Positions 1 to 9,872 of a stretch of 52,297 nt of DNA are shown in pieces; position 1 is the first letter of the stretch; every line of letters starts with the position of its first letter. The position numbers were made by a program, and so were the translations under genes. The notes beneath the pieces are model-generated. The model did not search any database. It worked only from the letters and a program-made list of their open reading frames with translations, and had not been told where the DNA came from. Location of the stretch: sequence record SRR31156797_8580, one strand, 5' to 3'.

Positions 1-2
1 AG

Positions 3-34
3 AAATCCCCGCCCATGAGCGGGGATTTTTGTTT
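3..34 (+). terminator. Intrinsic terminator of the gene upstream of the window
   Basis: Stem AAATCCCCGC/GCGGGGATTT with a 6-nt loop, followed by a T-run. Confidence 0.8.
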
Positions 35-45
35 GGTCTGACCAA
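33..45. promoter_or_regulatory. FadR-subfamily GntR-type operator (PdhR/FadR-like) upstream of epd
   Basis: Palindrome TTGGTCTGACCAA; matches the TGGT-N3-ACCA core of PdhR/FadR boxes. Confidence 0.4.
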
Positions 46-117
46 TCTTATGGGTGCGCTTTGCTCGTTCATCGGGTAATATCTGTGCCACGAAATTCTA
101 ATCGGTTGATAGTACGG

Positions 118-1143
118 ATGTTAAGAGTCGCAATTAATGGATTCGGGCGAATAGGGCGCAACGTTTTGCGTGCGGTTTACGAAAGTGGCAAAGCTCAGCA
201 GATAAAAGTCGTGGCTGTCAATGAATTAGCCCAGCCTGAGGCAATGGCTCACTTATTACAGTACGATACCAGTCATGGTCGTTTTGGGAAGAAAATCTCT
301 CACGACCAAGAACATATGTATATTCATCATGAAAATGGTGAGTTTGATAGTGTCCGGATACTGCATTCTTCAGAAATCCCTCTTTTACCGTGGCGTGATT
401 TAGAGGTGGATATCGTTTTAGATTGTACCGGCGTGTACGGTTCTAAAGCTGACGGTCTTCTGCATATTGAAGCTGGCGCTAAAAAAGTTCTGTTTTCACA
501 TCCTGGTTCCGCTGACTTGGATAACACCATCATTTACGGTGTTAACCATGAGACACTTACAGCTGAACACAACATCGTTTCTAACGGTTCTTGTACGACT
601 AACTGTATTGTCCCGATTATTAAAGTGTTAGATGAAGCCTTTGGTATTGAATCTGGCACCATTACCACTATTCACTCTTCAATGAACGATCAACAAGTCA
701 TCGATGCCTACCACGGTGATTTGCGTCGTACTCGCTCAGCAAGTCAATCTATCATTCCTGTTGATACAAAATTACATAAAGGGATTGAAAGGATTTTTCC
801 GAAATTTTCTAACAAATTTGAAGCGATTTCGGTGCGAGTTCCGACTGTAAATGTGACCGCGATGGATTTAAGTGTCACTATTGACGCAAATGTGAAAGTT
901 AATGACGTAAATCAAACCATGATAGCGGCATCTCAGTGTACATTAAACGGCATTGTTGACTATACTGAATCACCACTCGTTTCCATTGATTTTAATCATG
1001 ATCCACACAGTGCGATTGTCGATGGAAGCCAAACTCGAGTGAGTAACGGGCATCTGGTTAAGATGCTTGTCTGGTGTGATAACGAATGGGGATTTGCTAA
1101 CCGAATGCTGGATACAGCGTTAGCAATGCAAACTGCAAAGTAG
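118..1143 (+). CDS. epd: Erythrose-4-phosphate dehydrogenase
   Basis: GAPDH-family [12 protein letters not shown] and SCTTNC motifs, Epd-type HSSMNDQ, first gene of epd-pgk-fbaA; ATG at 118 preferred over TTG at 61. Confidence 0.93.
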   Translation: MLRVAINGFGRIGRNVLRAVYESGKAQQIKVVAVNELAQPEAMAHLLQYDTSHGRFGKKISHDQEHMYIHHENGEFDSVRILHSSEIPLLPWRDLEVDIVLDCTGVYGSKADGLLHIEAGAKKVLFSHPGSADLDNTIIYGVNHETLTAEHNIVSNGSCTTNCIVPIIKVLDEAFGIESGTITTIHSSMNDQQVIDAYHGDLRRTRSASQSIIPVDTKLHKGIERIFPKFSNKFEAISVRVPTVNVTAMDLSVTIDANVKVNDVNQTMIAASQCTLNGIVDYTESPLVSIDFNHDPHSAIVDGSQTRVSNGHLVKMLVWCDNEWGFANRMLDTALAMQTAK

Positions 1144-1290
1144 TTACCTTCCCAGTGGGGAAATTATTTATTTTATTACTTGAAATAAATATTCAGTACC
1201 CCATATTAGTAGCAGTTTAAGATTTTACAGGCTCGGCAGGATAGCCGGGCTTACAGAAACTTTTCTTTTTAATATTTGAGAGGACAAACC

Positions 1291-2454
1291 ATGTCTGTAA
1301 TCAAGATGACTGACCTGGACTTAGCAGGTAAACGTGTATTTATCCGTGCTGACCTAAACGTACCTGTGAAAGATGGCAAAGTGACTTCTGATGCACGTAT
1401 CCTAGCTTCACTACCAACTATCAAGCACTGCCTTGCAGCTGGCGCTAAAGTAATGGTGACTTCTCACCTAGGCCGCCCAACTGAAGGTGAGTATGCGGAA
1501 GAGTTCTCTCTACTACCTGTTGTTAACTACCTAAACGACGCTCTAGATTGCGAAGTTAAACTAGCTAAAGATTACCTAGATGGCCTAGAGCTAAACACTG
1601 GTGAGCTAGTTGTTCTAGAAAACGTTCGTTTCAACAAAGGCGAAAAGAAAAACGAAGAAGAGCTATCTAAGAAATACGCTGCACTTTGTGACATTTTCGT
1701 AATGGACGCATTCGGTACTGCTCACCGTGCTCAAGCATCGACTCACGGTGTAGGTATGAACGCTCCTGTAGCATGTGCTGGCCCTCTTCTTGCTGCTGAG
1801 CTAGAAGCACTAGGTAAAGCAATGGACAAACCAGAGCGTCCACTAGTTGCTATCGTTGGTGGTTCAAAAGTTTCTACTAAACTAACCGTTCTAGAATCTC
1901 TATCTAAAATTGCTGACCAACTGGTTGTTGGTGGTGGTATCGCGAACACATTCATTGCAGCTGATGGTAACAACGTAGGTAAGTCTCTATACGAAGCAGA
2001 CCTTATCGAAACAGCTCAGAAACTAATGAAAGAGTGTTCTATCCCTGTTGCGACTGACGTTGCATGTGCTAAAGCATTCGACGAAAACGCTGAAGCTGAA
2101 ATCAAGAACGTTGCAGATGTTCAAGATGATGACATGATCTTCGACCTTGGCCCTGATTCAACAGCGGCTCTAGCTGAAATCATCGGCAACGCAAAAACTA
2201 TCCTTTGGAATGGCCCTGTAGGTGTATTCGAGTTCAAGAACTTCGAAGCGGGTACTAAAGGCATTTCAGAAGCTATCGCGAAATCTGCAGGTTTCTCTGT
2301 TGCGGGTGGTGGTGACACGTTAGCAGCTATCGACAAGTTCGGTATCAAAGCGGATGTTTCTTACATCTCAACTGGTGGTGGTGCATTCCTTGAGTTCGTT
2401 GAGGGTAAAGTACTTCCTGCAGTAGCAATGCTTGAAGAGCGTGCTAAAGCTTAA
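1291..2454 (+). CDS. pgk: Phosphoglycerate kinase
   Basis: [20 protein letters not shown] and STGGGA motifs; GAGG RBS before ATG 1291; highly biased codon usage. Confidence 0.98.
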   Translation: MSVIKMTDLDLAGKRVFIRADLNVPVKDGKVTSDARILASLPTIKHCLAAGAKVMVTSHLGRPTEGEYAEEFSLLPVVNYLNDALDCEVKLAKDYLDGLELNTGELVVLENVRFNKGEKKNEEELSKKYAALCDIFVMDAFGTAHRAQASTHGVGMNAPVACAGPLLAAELEALGKAMDKPERPLVAIVGGSKVSTKLTVLESLSKIADQLVVGGGIANTFIAADGNNVGKSLYEADLIETAQKLMKECSIPVATDVACAKAFDENAEAEIKNVADVQDDDMIFDLGPDSTAALAEIIGNAKTILWNGPVGVFEFKNFEAGTKGISEAIAKSAGFSVAGGGDTLAAIDKFGIKADVSYISTGGGAFLEFVEGKVLPAVAMLEERAKA

Positions 2455-2468
2455 TCAGTAAAATTATG

Positions 2469-2499
2469 AATAAAGCGGAAAGTATTTTTCCGCTTTATT
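2469..2499 (+). terminator. Hairpin between pgk and fbaA (terminator or mRNA stabiliser)
   Basis: 13-bp inverted repeat AATAAAGCGGAAA/TTTCCGCTTTATT. Confidence 0.6.
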
Positions 2500-2614
2500 G
2501 TTTGCTGCGCAACAGGCTTGGATCTGTTAAACTCCAAGGGTTGTGAGCAGACGTTTACAAGAATTTAAACTCACCGTTTTTATTTTTAAAACGACATAAA
2601 ATAGGATTAATTCC

Positions 2615-3691
2615 ATGTCTAAGATCTTCGATTTCGTAAAACCAGGTGTTATCTCTGGTGATGACGTACAGAAAGTATTTGAAGTTGCTAAAGAAAACAA
2701 CTTCGCACTTCCAGCGGTAAACTGTGTTGGTACAGACTCAGTAAACGCAGTACTAGAAGCGGCTGCTAAAGTTAAAGCTCCTGTTATCGTTCAATTTTCT
2801 AACGGTGGCGCTGCTTTCTTCGCAGGTAAAGGCGTTAAGCTTGAAGGTCAAGGCGCACAAGTTCTTGGTGCAGTTGCTGGTGCAAAATACGTTCACGCAG
2901 TAGCTGAAGCTTACGGTGTTCCAGTTATTCTTCACACTGACCACGCTGCTAAGAAACTTCTACCTTGGATCGACGGTCTACTAGACGCTGGTGAAGAGTT
3001 CTTCGCTCAAACTGGTAAGCCTCTATTCTCTTCTCACATGCTAGACCTTTCTGAAGAGTCTCTAGAAGAGAACGTTGAAACATGTGCTAAGTACCTTGAG
3101 CGCATGGCTAAAATGAACATGACAATCGAGATCGAACTTGGTTGTACTGGTGGTGAAGAAGATGGCGTTGATAACTCTGATATGGACGCATCTGAGCTTT
3201 ACACTTCTCCAGAAGACGTTGCATACGCATACGAGAAACTAAGCGCTGTTAGCCCACGTTTCACTATCGCTGCTTCTTTCGGTAACGTACACGGTGTTTA
3301 CCAATCAGGTAACGTTGTACTTACTCCAACTATCCTACGTGACTCTCAAGCATACGTTTCTGAGAAATTCGGCCTTCCAGCGAACTCTCTAAACTTTGTT
3401 TTCCACGGTGGTTCAGGTTCTTCTGAAGCAGAAATCAAAGAGTCAATCGGCTACGGTGTTATCAAAATGAACATCGATACTGATACTCAGTGGGCGACTT
3501 GGGACGGTATCCGTACTTACGAAGCTGAAAACCATGATTTCCTACAAGGTCAAATTGGTAACCCTACTGGCGAATCAGCTCCGAACAAGAAATACTACGA
3601 TCCACGCGTATGGCTACGTGCTGGTCAAACTGCAATGGTTAAGCGTCTAGAACAAGCATTTTCTGACCTTAACGCAGTAGACGTACTGTAA
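2615..3691 (+). CDS. fbaA: Class II fructose-bisphosphate aldolase
   Basis: HTDH, GNVHG, FHGGSG and YDPR motifs. Confidence 0.98.
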   Translation: MSKIFDFVKPGVISGDDVQKVFEVAKENNFALPAVNCVGTDSVNAVLEAAAKVKAPVIVQFSNGGAAFFAGKGVKLEGQGAQVLGAVAGAKYVHAVAEAYGVPVILHTDHAAKKLLPWIDGLLDAGEEFFAQTGKPLFSSHMLDLSEESLEENVETCAKYLERMAKMNMTIEIELGCTGGEEDGVDNSDMDASELYTSPEDVAYAYEKLSAVSPRFTIAASFGNVHGVYQSGNVVLTPTILRDSQAYVSEKFGLPANSLNFVFHGGSGSSEAEIKESIGYGVIKMNIDTDTQWATWDGIRTYEAENHDFLQGQIGNPTGESAPNKKYYDPRVWLRAGQTAMVKRLEQAFSDLNAVDVL

Positions 3692-3720
3692 TTTTATCTA
3701 GATTAGCTAGAGATAATTCG

Positions 3721-3750
3721 AAAGCCCGCTCTTGATGAGCGGGCTTTTTT
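3721..3750 (+). terminator. Intrinsic terminator after fbaA
   Basis: AAAGCCCGCTC/GAGCGGGCTTT followed by a T-run. Confidence 0.9.
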
Positions 3751-4007
3751 GTTTCTTGCTAAGGAGACATAAAAGCTATTTCTTTCAAAGCACTGGCAGA
3801 ATGGCAAATAATTGCTTAATCTGAAACTTAGCCTGTTAAATGTGGCTAGCTTTTTGTTTTTAGTTTGCAAAAAACTGACTTTGCAAAATGTTGTACGTCA
3901 TATAAGGTGCTCGACGAGTTACTCATGGGGGTAAGTGTTCGCGCTTATCATCAGTGGATTAACACGTCGGTTGAATAATAATTAAGAGTGTTAGAGGGTT
4001 TTAAAGT

Positions 4008-4874
4008 ATGGCTGGTGAATCTTTAGATATGGAAGCTCCGATTGCGGATGGTATAAGTAAAATGAGCGGGTGGATTCATGATAATTCTGACCTGTTGATT
4101 CAATATGGGGTCAACATCGTATCAGCAATTCTTATTCTGTTTATTGGTAATATCATCGTTAAAATGGTGGCTGGTAGTGTTGCCAAGGTATTACATAAGA
4201 AAGAAATGGATAAAGCGGTTGTTGAGTTTATCCACGGACTAGTGCGTTACGTTCTGTTCGTTATTGTTTTAATTGCAGCGTTGAGCCGTATTGGCGTTGA
4301 GACAACATCTGTTGTTGCTGTTATTGGTGCTGCTGGCTTAGCCATTGGTCTTGCTCTGCAAGGATCGCTATCTAACTTTGCTGCTGGCGTGTTAATTGTT
4401 GGTTTCCGTCCATTTAAATCGGGTGATTATGTAGAAGTCGCCGGAGTTGCTGGTTCAGTAGAAGCAATTCAAATTTTCCAAACGGTTTTAAAAACACCTG
4501 ATAACAAAATGGTTGTAGTACCAAACGGCGCAATTATCGGTGGTTCTATTGTTAACTATTCACGTCATGCAACTCGTCGTGTTGACCTAGTGATTGGTGT
4601 TTCTTACAAAGCGGATCTCAAGTTAACCAAGAAAGTGATTCGTGAAACATTGGAAAAAGATTCTCGTATTTTGAAAGATCCGGATATTACGGTTGGTGTG
4701 TTAGCTCTGGCTGATTCATCTGTTAATTTCGTTGTTCGTCCTTGGGTAAAAACCGCAGATTATTGGGATGTTTATTTCGCATCTATGCAGGCTATCAAAG
4801 AAGCTCTGGATGAAAATGGTATTGAAATTCCATTCCCGCAAATGGACGTTCATCTCAACAAAATCGAAGATTAA
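4008..4874 (+). CDS. mscS: Small-conductance mechanosensitive channel
   Basis: GAAGLAIGLALQGSLSNFAAG (TM3) and IPFPQMDVH; conserved position after fbaA. Confidence 0.95.
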   Translation: MAGESLDMEAPIADGISKMSGWIHDNSDLLIQYGVNIVSAILILFIGNIIVKMVAGSVAKVLHKKEMDKAVVEFIHGLVRYVLFVIVLIAALSRIGVETTSVVAVIGAAGLAIGLALQGSLSNFAAGVLIVGFRPFKSGDYVEVAGVAGSVEAIQIFQTVLKTPDNKMVVVPNGAIIGGSIVNYSRHATRRVDLVIGVSYKADLKLTKKVIRETLEKDSRILKDPDITVGVLALADSSVNFVVRPWVKTADYWDVYFASMQAIKEALDENGIEIPFPQMDVHLNKIED

Positions 4875-4894
4875 TATCAAAATCGGTTGATTTG

Positions 4895-4924
4895 AAAATC
4901 CCTCCTTTCACGGAGGGATTTTTT
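4895..4924. terminator. Bidirectional terminator between convergent mscS and argO
   Basis: AAAATCCCTCC/GGAGGGATTTT. Confidence 0.85.
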
Positions 4925-4930
4925 ATCGCA

Positions 4931-5563
4931 TCAGAAATATTGATTTATCAATCCATTAAGCAACGAAACGGCAATAATAAACATCACACTGCCGACGACG
5001 CTATCAATACCTCGTTTCACTTTCGGTTGCGAAAGCACTGGAGCCAGTTTTGCAGCTCCCATTGAGAGAGAGTAAAACCAGACAAAAGAAGCCATGATGG
5101 TTCCCACTGCAAAAGACAACCGCTCATTACCTTCAAACTGGCCACCAATAGATCCGAGAATGACAATGGTATCCAAATACAAGTGCGGGTTGAGTACTGT
5201 GACGGCTAGGGTACCTAATATGACTGCTTTTCTTCCCCTGTTACTGCTGGTGGATGAGGACTCTTGCTCCTGTGAACTTGCCGCTAATGCACTTTTAAAA
5301 GACAGTAAGCCGTAATAGAAAAGGAAAAGAACACCACCGACAGTCACACTGGTTAGCAGTGCTTCATTCGAGGCTAGCAGCGCACCACCACCAAATATCC
5401 CCAAAGAAATATAAAATACATCAAGAAAGCTACACAGTGTTGCTGTCGTGAGGTGGTGATTACGCTTTATTCCCTGATTGAGCACATATGCATTCTGAGC
5501 ACCAATCGGAATAATGGTTGCGGCACCAAAGCTAAATCCTTGAAAAAGAATCCACAAACTCAT
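4931..5563 (-). CDS. argO: LysE/ArgO family arginine exporter
   Basis: IPIGAQNAYVLNQG and LNPHLYLDT motifs; divergent from argP. Confidence 0.9.
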   Translation of the reverse strand: MSLWILFQGFSFGAATIIPIGAQNAYVLNQGIKRNHHLTTATLCSFLDVFYISLGIFGGGALLASNEALLTSVTVGGVLFLFYYGLLSFKSALAASSQEQESSSTSSNRGRKAVILGTLAVTVLNPHLYLDTIVILGSIGGQFEGNERLSFAVGTIMASFVWFYSLSMGAAKLAPVLSQPKVKRGIDSVVGSVMFIIAVSLLNGLINQYF

Positions 5564-5675
5564 AGTTATACCTAAATACTGAATAATTAAATCTTTAAAA
5601 CAAAAATACGGTATCGCCTTGTAGAAATAAAACTAATAATATTAATGCTAAATAAGTTCAACTTATAAGGTTAGC

Positions 5676-6569
5676 GTGAGGGGATTAGATTATCGATGGC
5701 TTGAAGCTTTGGATGAGATTATTGCTCAAAGGAGTTTTGAAAAGGCAGCGTCGGTGCTGTGTGTTTCACAATCGGCGGTTTCTCAAAGAATAAAACAGCT
5801 GGAAAAATGGCTAGCGCAACCCGTGCTGGTGCGAGAGAACCCTCCGAGTGTGACGCCTGCGGGGCAAAAGTTGCTTGGCCTATATCGTCAAGTTTGTGCC
5901 TTAGAGCAAGACATATTACCTGAGCTCAATAACGATACTGTTGATAAACCAGTATCGATATCGATTGCTACCAATGCCGACAGTTTAGCGACTTGGCTAT
6001 TACCTGCGATAACTTCAGTCATGCAGCAAAGCAATTTAGAAATTCATCTGGTTGTTGATGATGAGCGAAGAACGTTAGACAAGCTTAAGAAAGGCGAAGT
6101 GATTGGTGCAATCAGTCAGTCAGATAAATCGCTTCCGGGTTGCCATTCAACCTTGCTGGGAGATATGCCTTATTTATGTGTATCAACGCCAGCGTTTTTC
6201 CAACAGTATTTCTCCCAAGGCGTCAATGCGGAGTCCTTTCAAGCTGCACCAGCGGTTTCCTTTGACAGGCATGATTTTGTCAATGAACGATTTGTGTTTG
6301 ATAACTTCGGCTATGAGATGACGAGTCACGTTAAACATACGGTTGCCAGCTCTGAAGCTTGCGTGACAGCGGCTCTAGCGGGCTTTGGTTATTGCATGAT
6401 TCCCAAGGTACAAATCGAACAAGAGTTAACATCGGGCGATCTGATTGATATTTGCCCAGGGCTGTTTATCGATCAGCAACTTTATTGGCATCACTGGCAA
6501 CTTGAAACAGGAATCTTAAAGACGTTCTCCCAAGCGATTGTTCAATATGCTCGACAAGTCTTAGGGTAA
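5676..6569 (+). CDS. argP: LysR family regulator ArgP (IciA)
   Basis: SQSAVSQRIKQLE HTH, NADSLATW, LYWHHW. Confidence 0.92.
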   Translation: MRGLDYRWLEALDEIIAQRSFEKAASVLCVSQSAVSQRIKQLEKWLAQPVLVRENPPSVTPAGQKLLGLYRQVCALEQDILPELNNDTVDKPVSISIATNADSLATWLLPAITSVMQQSNLEIHLVVDDERRTLDKLKKGEVIGAISQSDKSLPGCHSTLLGDMPYLCVSTPAFFQQYFSQGVNAESFQAAPAVSFDRHDFVNERFVFDNFGYEMTSHVKHTVASSEACVTAALAGFGYCMIPKVQIEQELTSGDLIDICPGLFIDQQLYWHHWQLETGILKTFSQAIVQYARQVLG

Positions 6570-6670
6570 AGTAATGTGTCAAAGTTGTGTGATTTTCTAT
6601 TGGTGAGAGTAGAAGAAATACTGTTTTAATCTATTATTTATCAATAAGTTTTCGTGACTAGGTGGTTAAA

Positions 6671-7366
6671 ATGAAAGCATTTCTTGCTGGGTTAATGTTA
6701 GTACTAAGCAGCGTTTCTTTTGTTACTCAAGCAGACGAGCTGAACTTTCCTCATATATCAACCACCGGTTATGGTGAAGTGATTGCCACTCCTGACATGG
6801 CTAAGTTCTCGGTAAAAGTGGTCGAAATTACAATGAACGCAGAGCAGGCCAAAGCCAAAGTGGATGAGGTGGTGTCAGCGTTTATTGAACGTCTTAATGA
6901 AGCTGGAGTGGAAGAGAGCCATATTCTTAGCTCGAATTTGTATCTAACGCCTCAATACCACTATCCGAAATCCGGAAAGGCTGAGCTTGTCGGCTATAAA
7001 GCGGTTCGAAGTGTTTCAGTCGAAGTGCATGACTTATCTAAGCTCAACCAATATTTGGATATTGCTTTGGAAGAAAACATCAACCAAGTTGACGATATTC
7101 AGCTGAAAGTCCGAGATCAAGAGAAATATCAACAACAAGCGAGAATGGCTGCGATCAAGGATGCAATGGACAAGGCAGAATCTCTTGCCAGTGGTTTTGG
7201 TCGCAAGTTGGATCAAGTATGGCGAATTGATTACAACTCGCGCCAAGTTCGTCCAATTATGATGAAAGCTGCAGCGTTCAGTGACGAATCTTCAGTGAAC
7301 AAAAGCTACCAAGATTCGACAATTACCATTACAGATAGCGTTGGTGTTATATACAGACTCGATTAA
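6671..7366 (+). CDS. yggE: SIMPL (DUF541) periplasmic oxidative-stress defence protein
   Basis: Signal peptide, TTGYGEVIATPDMA, ARMAAIKDAMDKA; synteny with argP. Confidence 0.85.
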   Translation: MKAFLAGLMLVLSSVSFVTQADELNFPHISTTGYGEVIATPDMAKFSVKVVEITMNAEQAKAKVDEVVSAFIERLNEAGVEESHILSSNLYLTPQYHYPKSGKAELVGYKAVRSVSVEVHDLSKLNQYLDIALEENINQVDDIQLKVRDQEKYQQQARMAAIKDAMDKAESLASGFGRKLDQVWRIDYNSRQVRPIMMKAAAFSDESSVNKSYQDSTITITDSVGVIYRLD

Positions 7367-7560
7367 GTCATTGAGCGTCGGTGGTTATAAAGTCGACTTT
7401 TTTGTCGCATTTATGCTACGTTGTTTTATAAATGTATGATTAATATTATAAATAATTGCGATCGGTGTTGCGGGTTTTCTGTACGTTTTCGTTAAATGTT
7501 AGCCAGTTTTTTATTCAGTTAGTAGTCAACAGTGATATACTAGTCACCTTTTGACAGGGG

Positions 7561-9456
7561 ATGTACGTAGTAGTCGTTATGAGATATTCAAAGATCATTA
7601 CCATATTTCTCATAACTTGTGCTGTCATCACTCTGTTTATCTTCTCCTATTTTTATCATCGTTATAATCAAGTTCAGTTTCACAGTAATCAAGATGCTAT
7701 TCAGGAAGCTGTTCGTCAGTTTGAGTATAGTAAACGTGAATCTATTCATATTCGTGAGCAGTTGTTTTCGACCGTATCACTGTTGAGCCATGGTAGCCAA
7801 ACCTACAATTATGTGGCCTCTCCGAATTCATCGGCAAAAGAGAGTTTCCAACAAGTATTGACCTCGGTAGCGAAAGGTCAAAAGTGGTTTGTCGATATTG
7901 GGTTTATTGATAATCGCGGTTTGGAGCAGATTCACCTTAACTATCAGCCTCACAACAATAATACTGAATTTGAACAACAAGTTTCGGACATTGCCGATAG
8001 CGAGTTGTTCAAGTATGCCCAGACACTGCTGGTGGATGAAGTGGGGGTTTGGGCTGTCGATCTTGAAAACAATCCCGAAACTTTTGCGACACCTTACTCG
8101 CCAACCATTAAGGTTATTACGCCGATAACGGTCGCGGGTGAAAGGTATGGCTATATTGTGGGTTCGGTGGATGTTTCCACTTTGGTGGATAAGCTTAACT
8201 ATTCTCCTCAAATGGATATGACACCGGCTATCGTTGGTGACAATGGTTTCCTGGTCACTGGCTCTAGTGCTCTGCCTTTCTATGGTGATTTCACTAATCG
8301 ATACCATGGCTTTAACTTTCCCGATTTTTTCCCTAAAACATGGCAAGAAATGCAAAGCGGTAGCTTCAACTATGTCATGGAAGATGCAAACTTAATCGTT
8401 TTTCAACCGCTGAGTGATTTCTTTGGAAAAAAAGTTCAACTGGTGATTCGTTTTACGCCGAAGCAGTTGGCTCACCGCGCAAGCTATGAGTTAAACGATG
8501 TGGTTAAAGAAGGATTTTTCTTCTTTATGATCATGTTGGTTTTTGCTTTACCGACAGCCTCAATGTCTCTTCATTACTACCATCGCAATATTGAAAGTAA
8601 GCTTGCTCGTGCTGCTCTTGATGGCATGACCGCCGTTATGATCTCGGATACCCATCATCAAGTGATCATGGTGAATAAAGAGTTTGAAAAAACGGTAGGA
8701 CTGTCTATTGATGAAATTCAAGGTCTTAATGCGTTAAAAACTTTACTTAGCCACAATGGTATGGAGTTTGTCCTCAACGTTCTCGAACAGGTCAGTGACA
8801 ATAATTTCTGGGAAGGTGAGGTTGAGTGCATTACCCCTGAAGGTGCTCTGTTAACCACCATCATGCGCATTCAAGCGATCATCGAAGCGGGTAAAGTCAG
8901 CTACTACATTACCTCCATAGTTGATATCTCAGAACGTAAAGAACTTGAGAATAAACTGAGAGAACTAAGTGAAAAAGATTCTTTAACTCACTTATGGAAT
9001 CGTCGTAAGTTTGAGCGTGAGCTGACACTTCAAACTCAACTTATTGAGCGCTACCCCAATGATTTTGCTGTCAGTTTATGTCTGATTGATATTGATTTCT
9101 TTAAGCGGATTAATGATGAGCAAGGGCATGATGAAGGCGATAAAGTCATTATAAAAATCGCAAAAGTCTTGTCGGAAAGGCTTCGGACTACAGACTTTAT
9201 CGCTCGTATAGGGGGAGAAGAGTTTGCTATTATCATGCCTCACACCTGTGTCGAAGAAGCACAGATTGTTGTAGAACGTTTACGACAATCCATTGCATTA
9301 GACCAAAGTCTACCTGTCACTATTAGTGCTGGTATCTCTGATCTCTCCAAAGACGGAACCCGTTCATACAAATGTGCTGATATCGCCTTGTATGAGTCCA
9401 AAACATTAGGGCGAAATCAAGTTTCTCTCTGCCTAACCACTGATGATCTTGCTTGA
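7561..9456 (+). CDS. Membrane-anchored sensor (Cache-like)-PAS-GGDEF diguanylate cyclase
   Basis: Two TM segments flanking a periplasmic domain, PAS/PAC (WEGEV...DISERKELE), DSLTHLWNRR, DIDFFKRIND, RTTD I-site, GGEEF A-site; start could be 7579. Confidence 0.9.
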   Translation: MYVVVVMRYSKIITIFLITCAVITLFIFSYFYHRYNQVQFHSNQDAIQEAVRQFEYSKRESIHIREQLFSTVSLLSHGSQTYNYVASPNSSAKESFQQVLTSVAKGQKWFVDIGFIDNRGLEQIHLNYQPHNNNTEFEQQVSDIADSELFKYAQTLLVDEVGVWAVDLENNPETFATPYSPTIKVITPITVAGERYGYIVGSVDVSTLVDKLNYSPQMDMTPAIVGDNGFLVTGSSALPFYGDFTNRYHGFNFPDFFPKTWQEMQSGSFNYVMEDANLIVFQPLSDFFGKKVQLVIRFTPKQLAHRASYELNDVVKEGFFFFMIMLVFALPTASMSLHYYHRNIESKLARAALDGMTAVMISDTHHQVIMVNKEFEKTVGLSIDEIQGLNALKTLLSHNGMEFVLNVLEQVSDNNFWEGEVECITPEGALLTTIMRIQAIIEAGKVSYYITSIVDISERKELENKLRELSEKDSLTHLWNRRKFERELTLQTQLIERYPNDFAVSLCLIDIDFFKRINDEQGHDEGDKVIIKIAKVLSERLRTTDFIARIGGEEFAIIMPHTCVEEAQIVVERLRQSIALDQSLPVTISAGISDLSKDGTRSYKCADIALYESKTLGRNQVSLCLTTDDLA

Positions 9457-9643
9457 TGTCACACTTTTTATACACCTAGACTAAAGTCTAATTTTAATTT
9501 TTACTTGAGCTAAACTGTACAATAAGTAAACTATTGTTCTTTTAATCAGTAGTGATCCGGTTTTTCCCAATAGTACCAAATTACTTCGCTTGAGCTAGGT
9601 AAACGGACGGGAATCAAGCACTCTGGGCAACATGAGGCAGGGT

Positions 9644-9775
9644 ATGGTTAATCATTTTCTAGTGAGGCTAACGATAAGCTTTTTATTGGTGCTAGGAATT
9701 AAATTAAGCGCGCTTTATTTTCTTCCTATGGTGTTATTGCTTAACACCCATCACAAAGAGTTTTTTGGTTGGTAA
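9644..9775 (+). CDS. Small 43-aa hydrophobic membrane protein (not in ORF track)
   Basis: MVNHFLVRLTISFLLVLGIKLSALYFLPMVLLLNTHHKEFFGW*; GAGG RBS upstream, candidate promoter about 110 nt upstream, downstream bidirectional terminator. Confidence 0.65.
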   Translation: MVNHFLVRLTISFLLVLGIKLSALYFLPMVLLLNTHHKEFFGW

Positions 9776-9810
9776 TCGAAAACAAACTGTTTGTACTAAA
9801 AAGCAGAGAT

Positions 9811-9842
9811 AAAAAAACCAGAGCAAGTTGCTCTGGTTTTTT
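9811..9842. terminator. Bidirectional terminator between the small ORF and pykF
   Basis: AAAAAACCAGAGCAA/TTGCTCTGGTTTTTT. Confidence 0.88.
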
Positions 9843-9872
9843 GTATCTGAAGTTTGTAATTACTATTAGTAA

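Noticed and set aside
3864-3888. Direct repeat TTTGCAAAA x2 upstream of mscS
   Set aside because: Short and AT-rich; cannot be distinguished from chance without conservation data
7828-8355. 175-aa minus-strand ORF and the other 60-165 aa ORFs nested in annotated genes
   Set aside because: All overlap well-supported genes in another frame or strand and show no motifs
9540-9643. c-di-GMP riboswitch next to the diguanylate cyclase
   Set aside because: No GEMM-I features (GGCAAA...GAAA tetraloop...GACGCAAA) found
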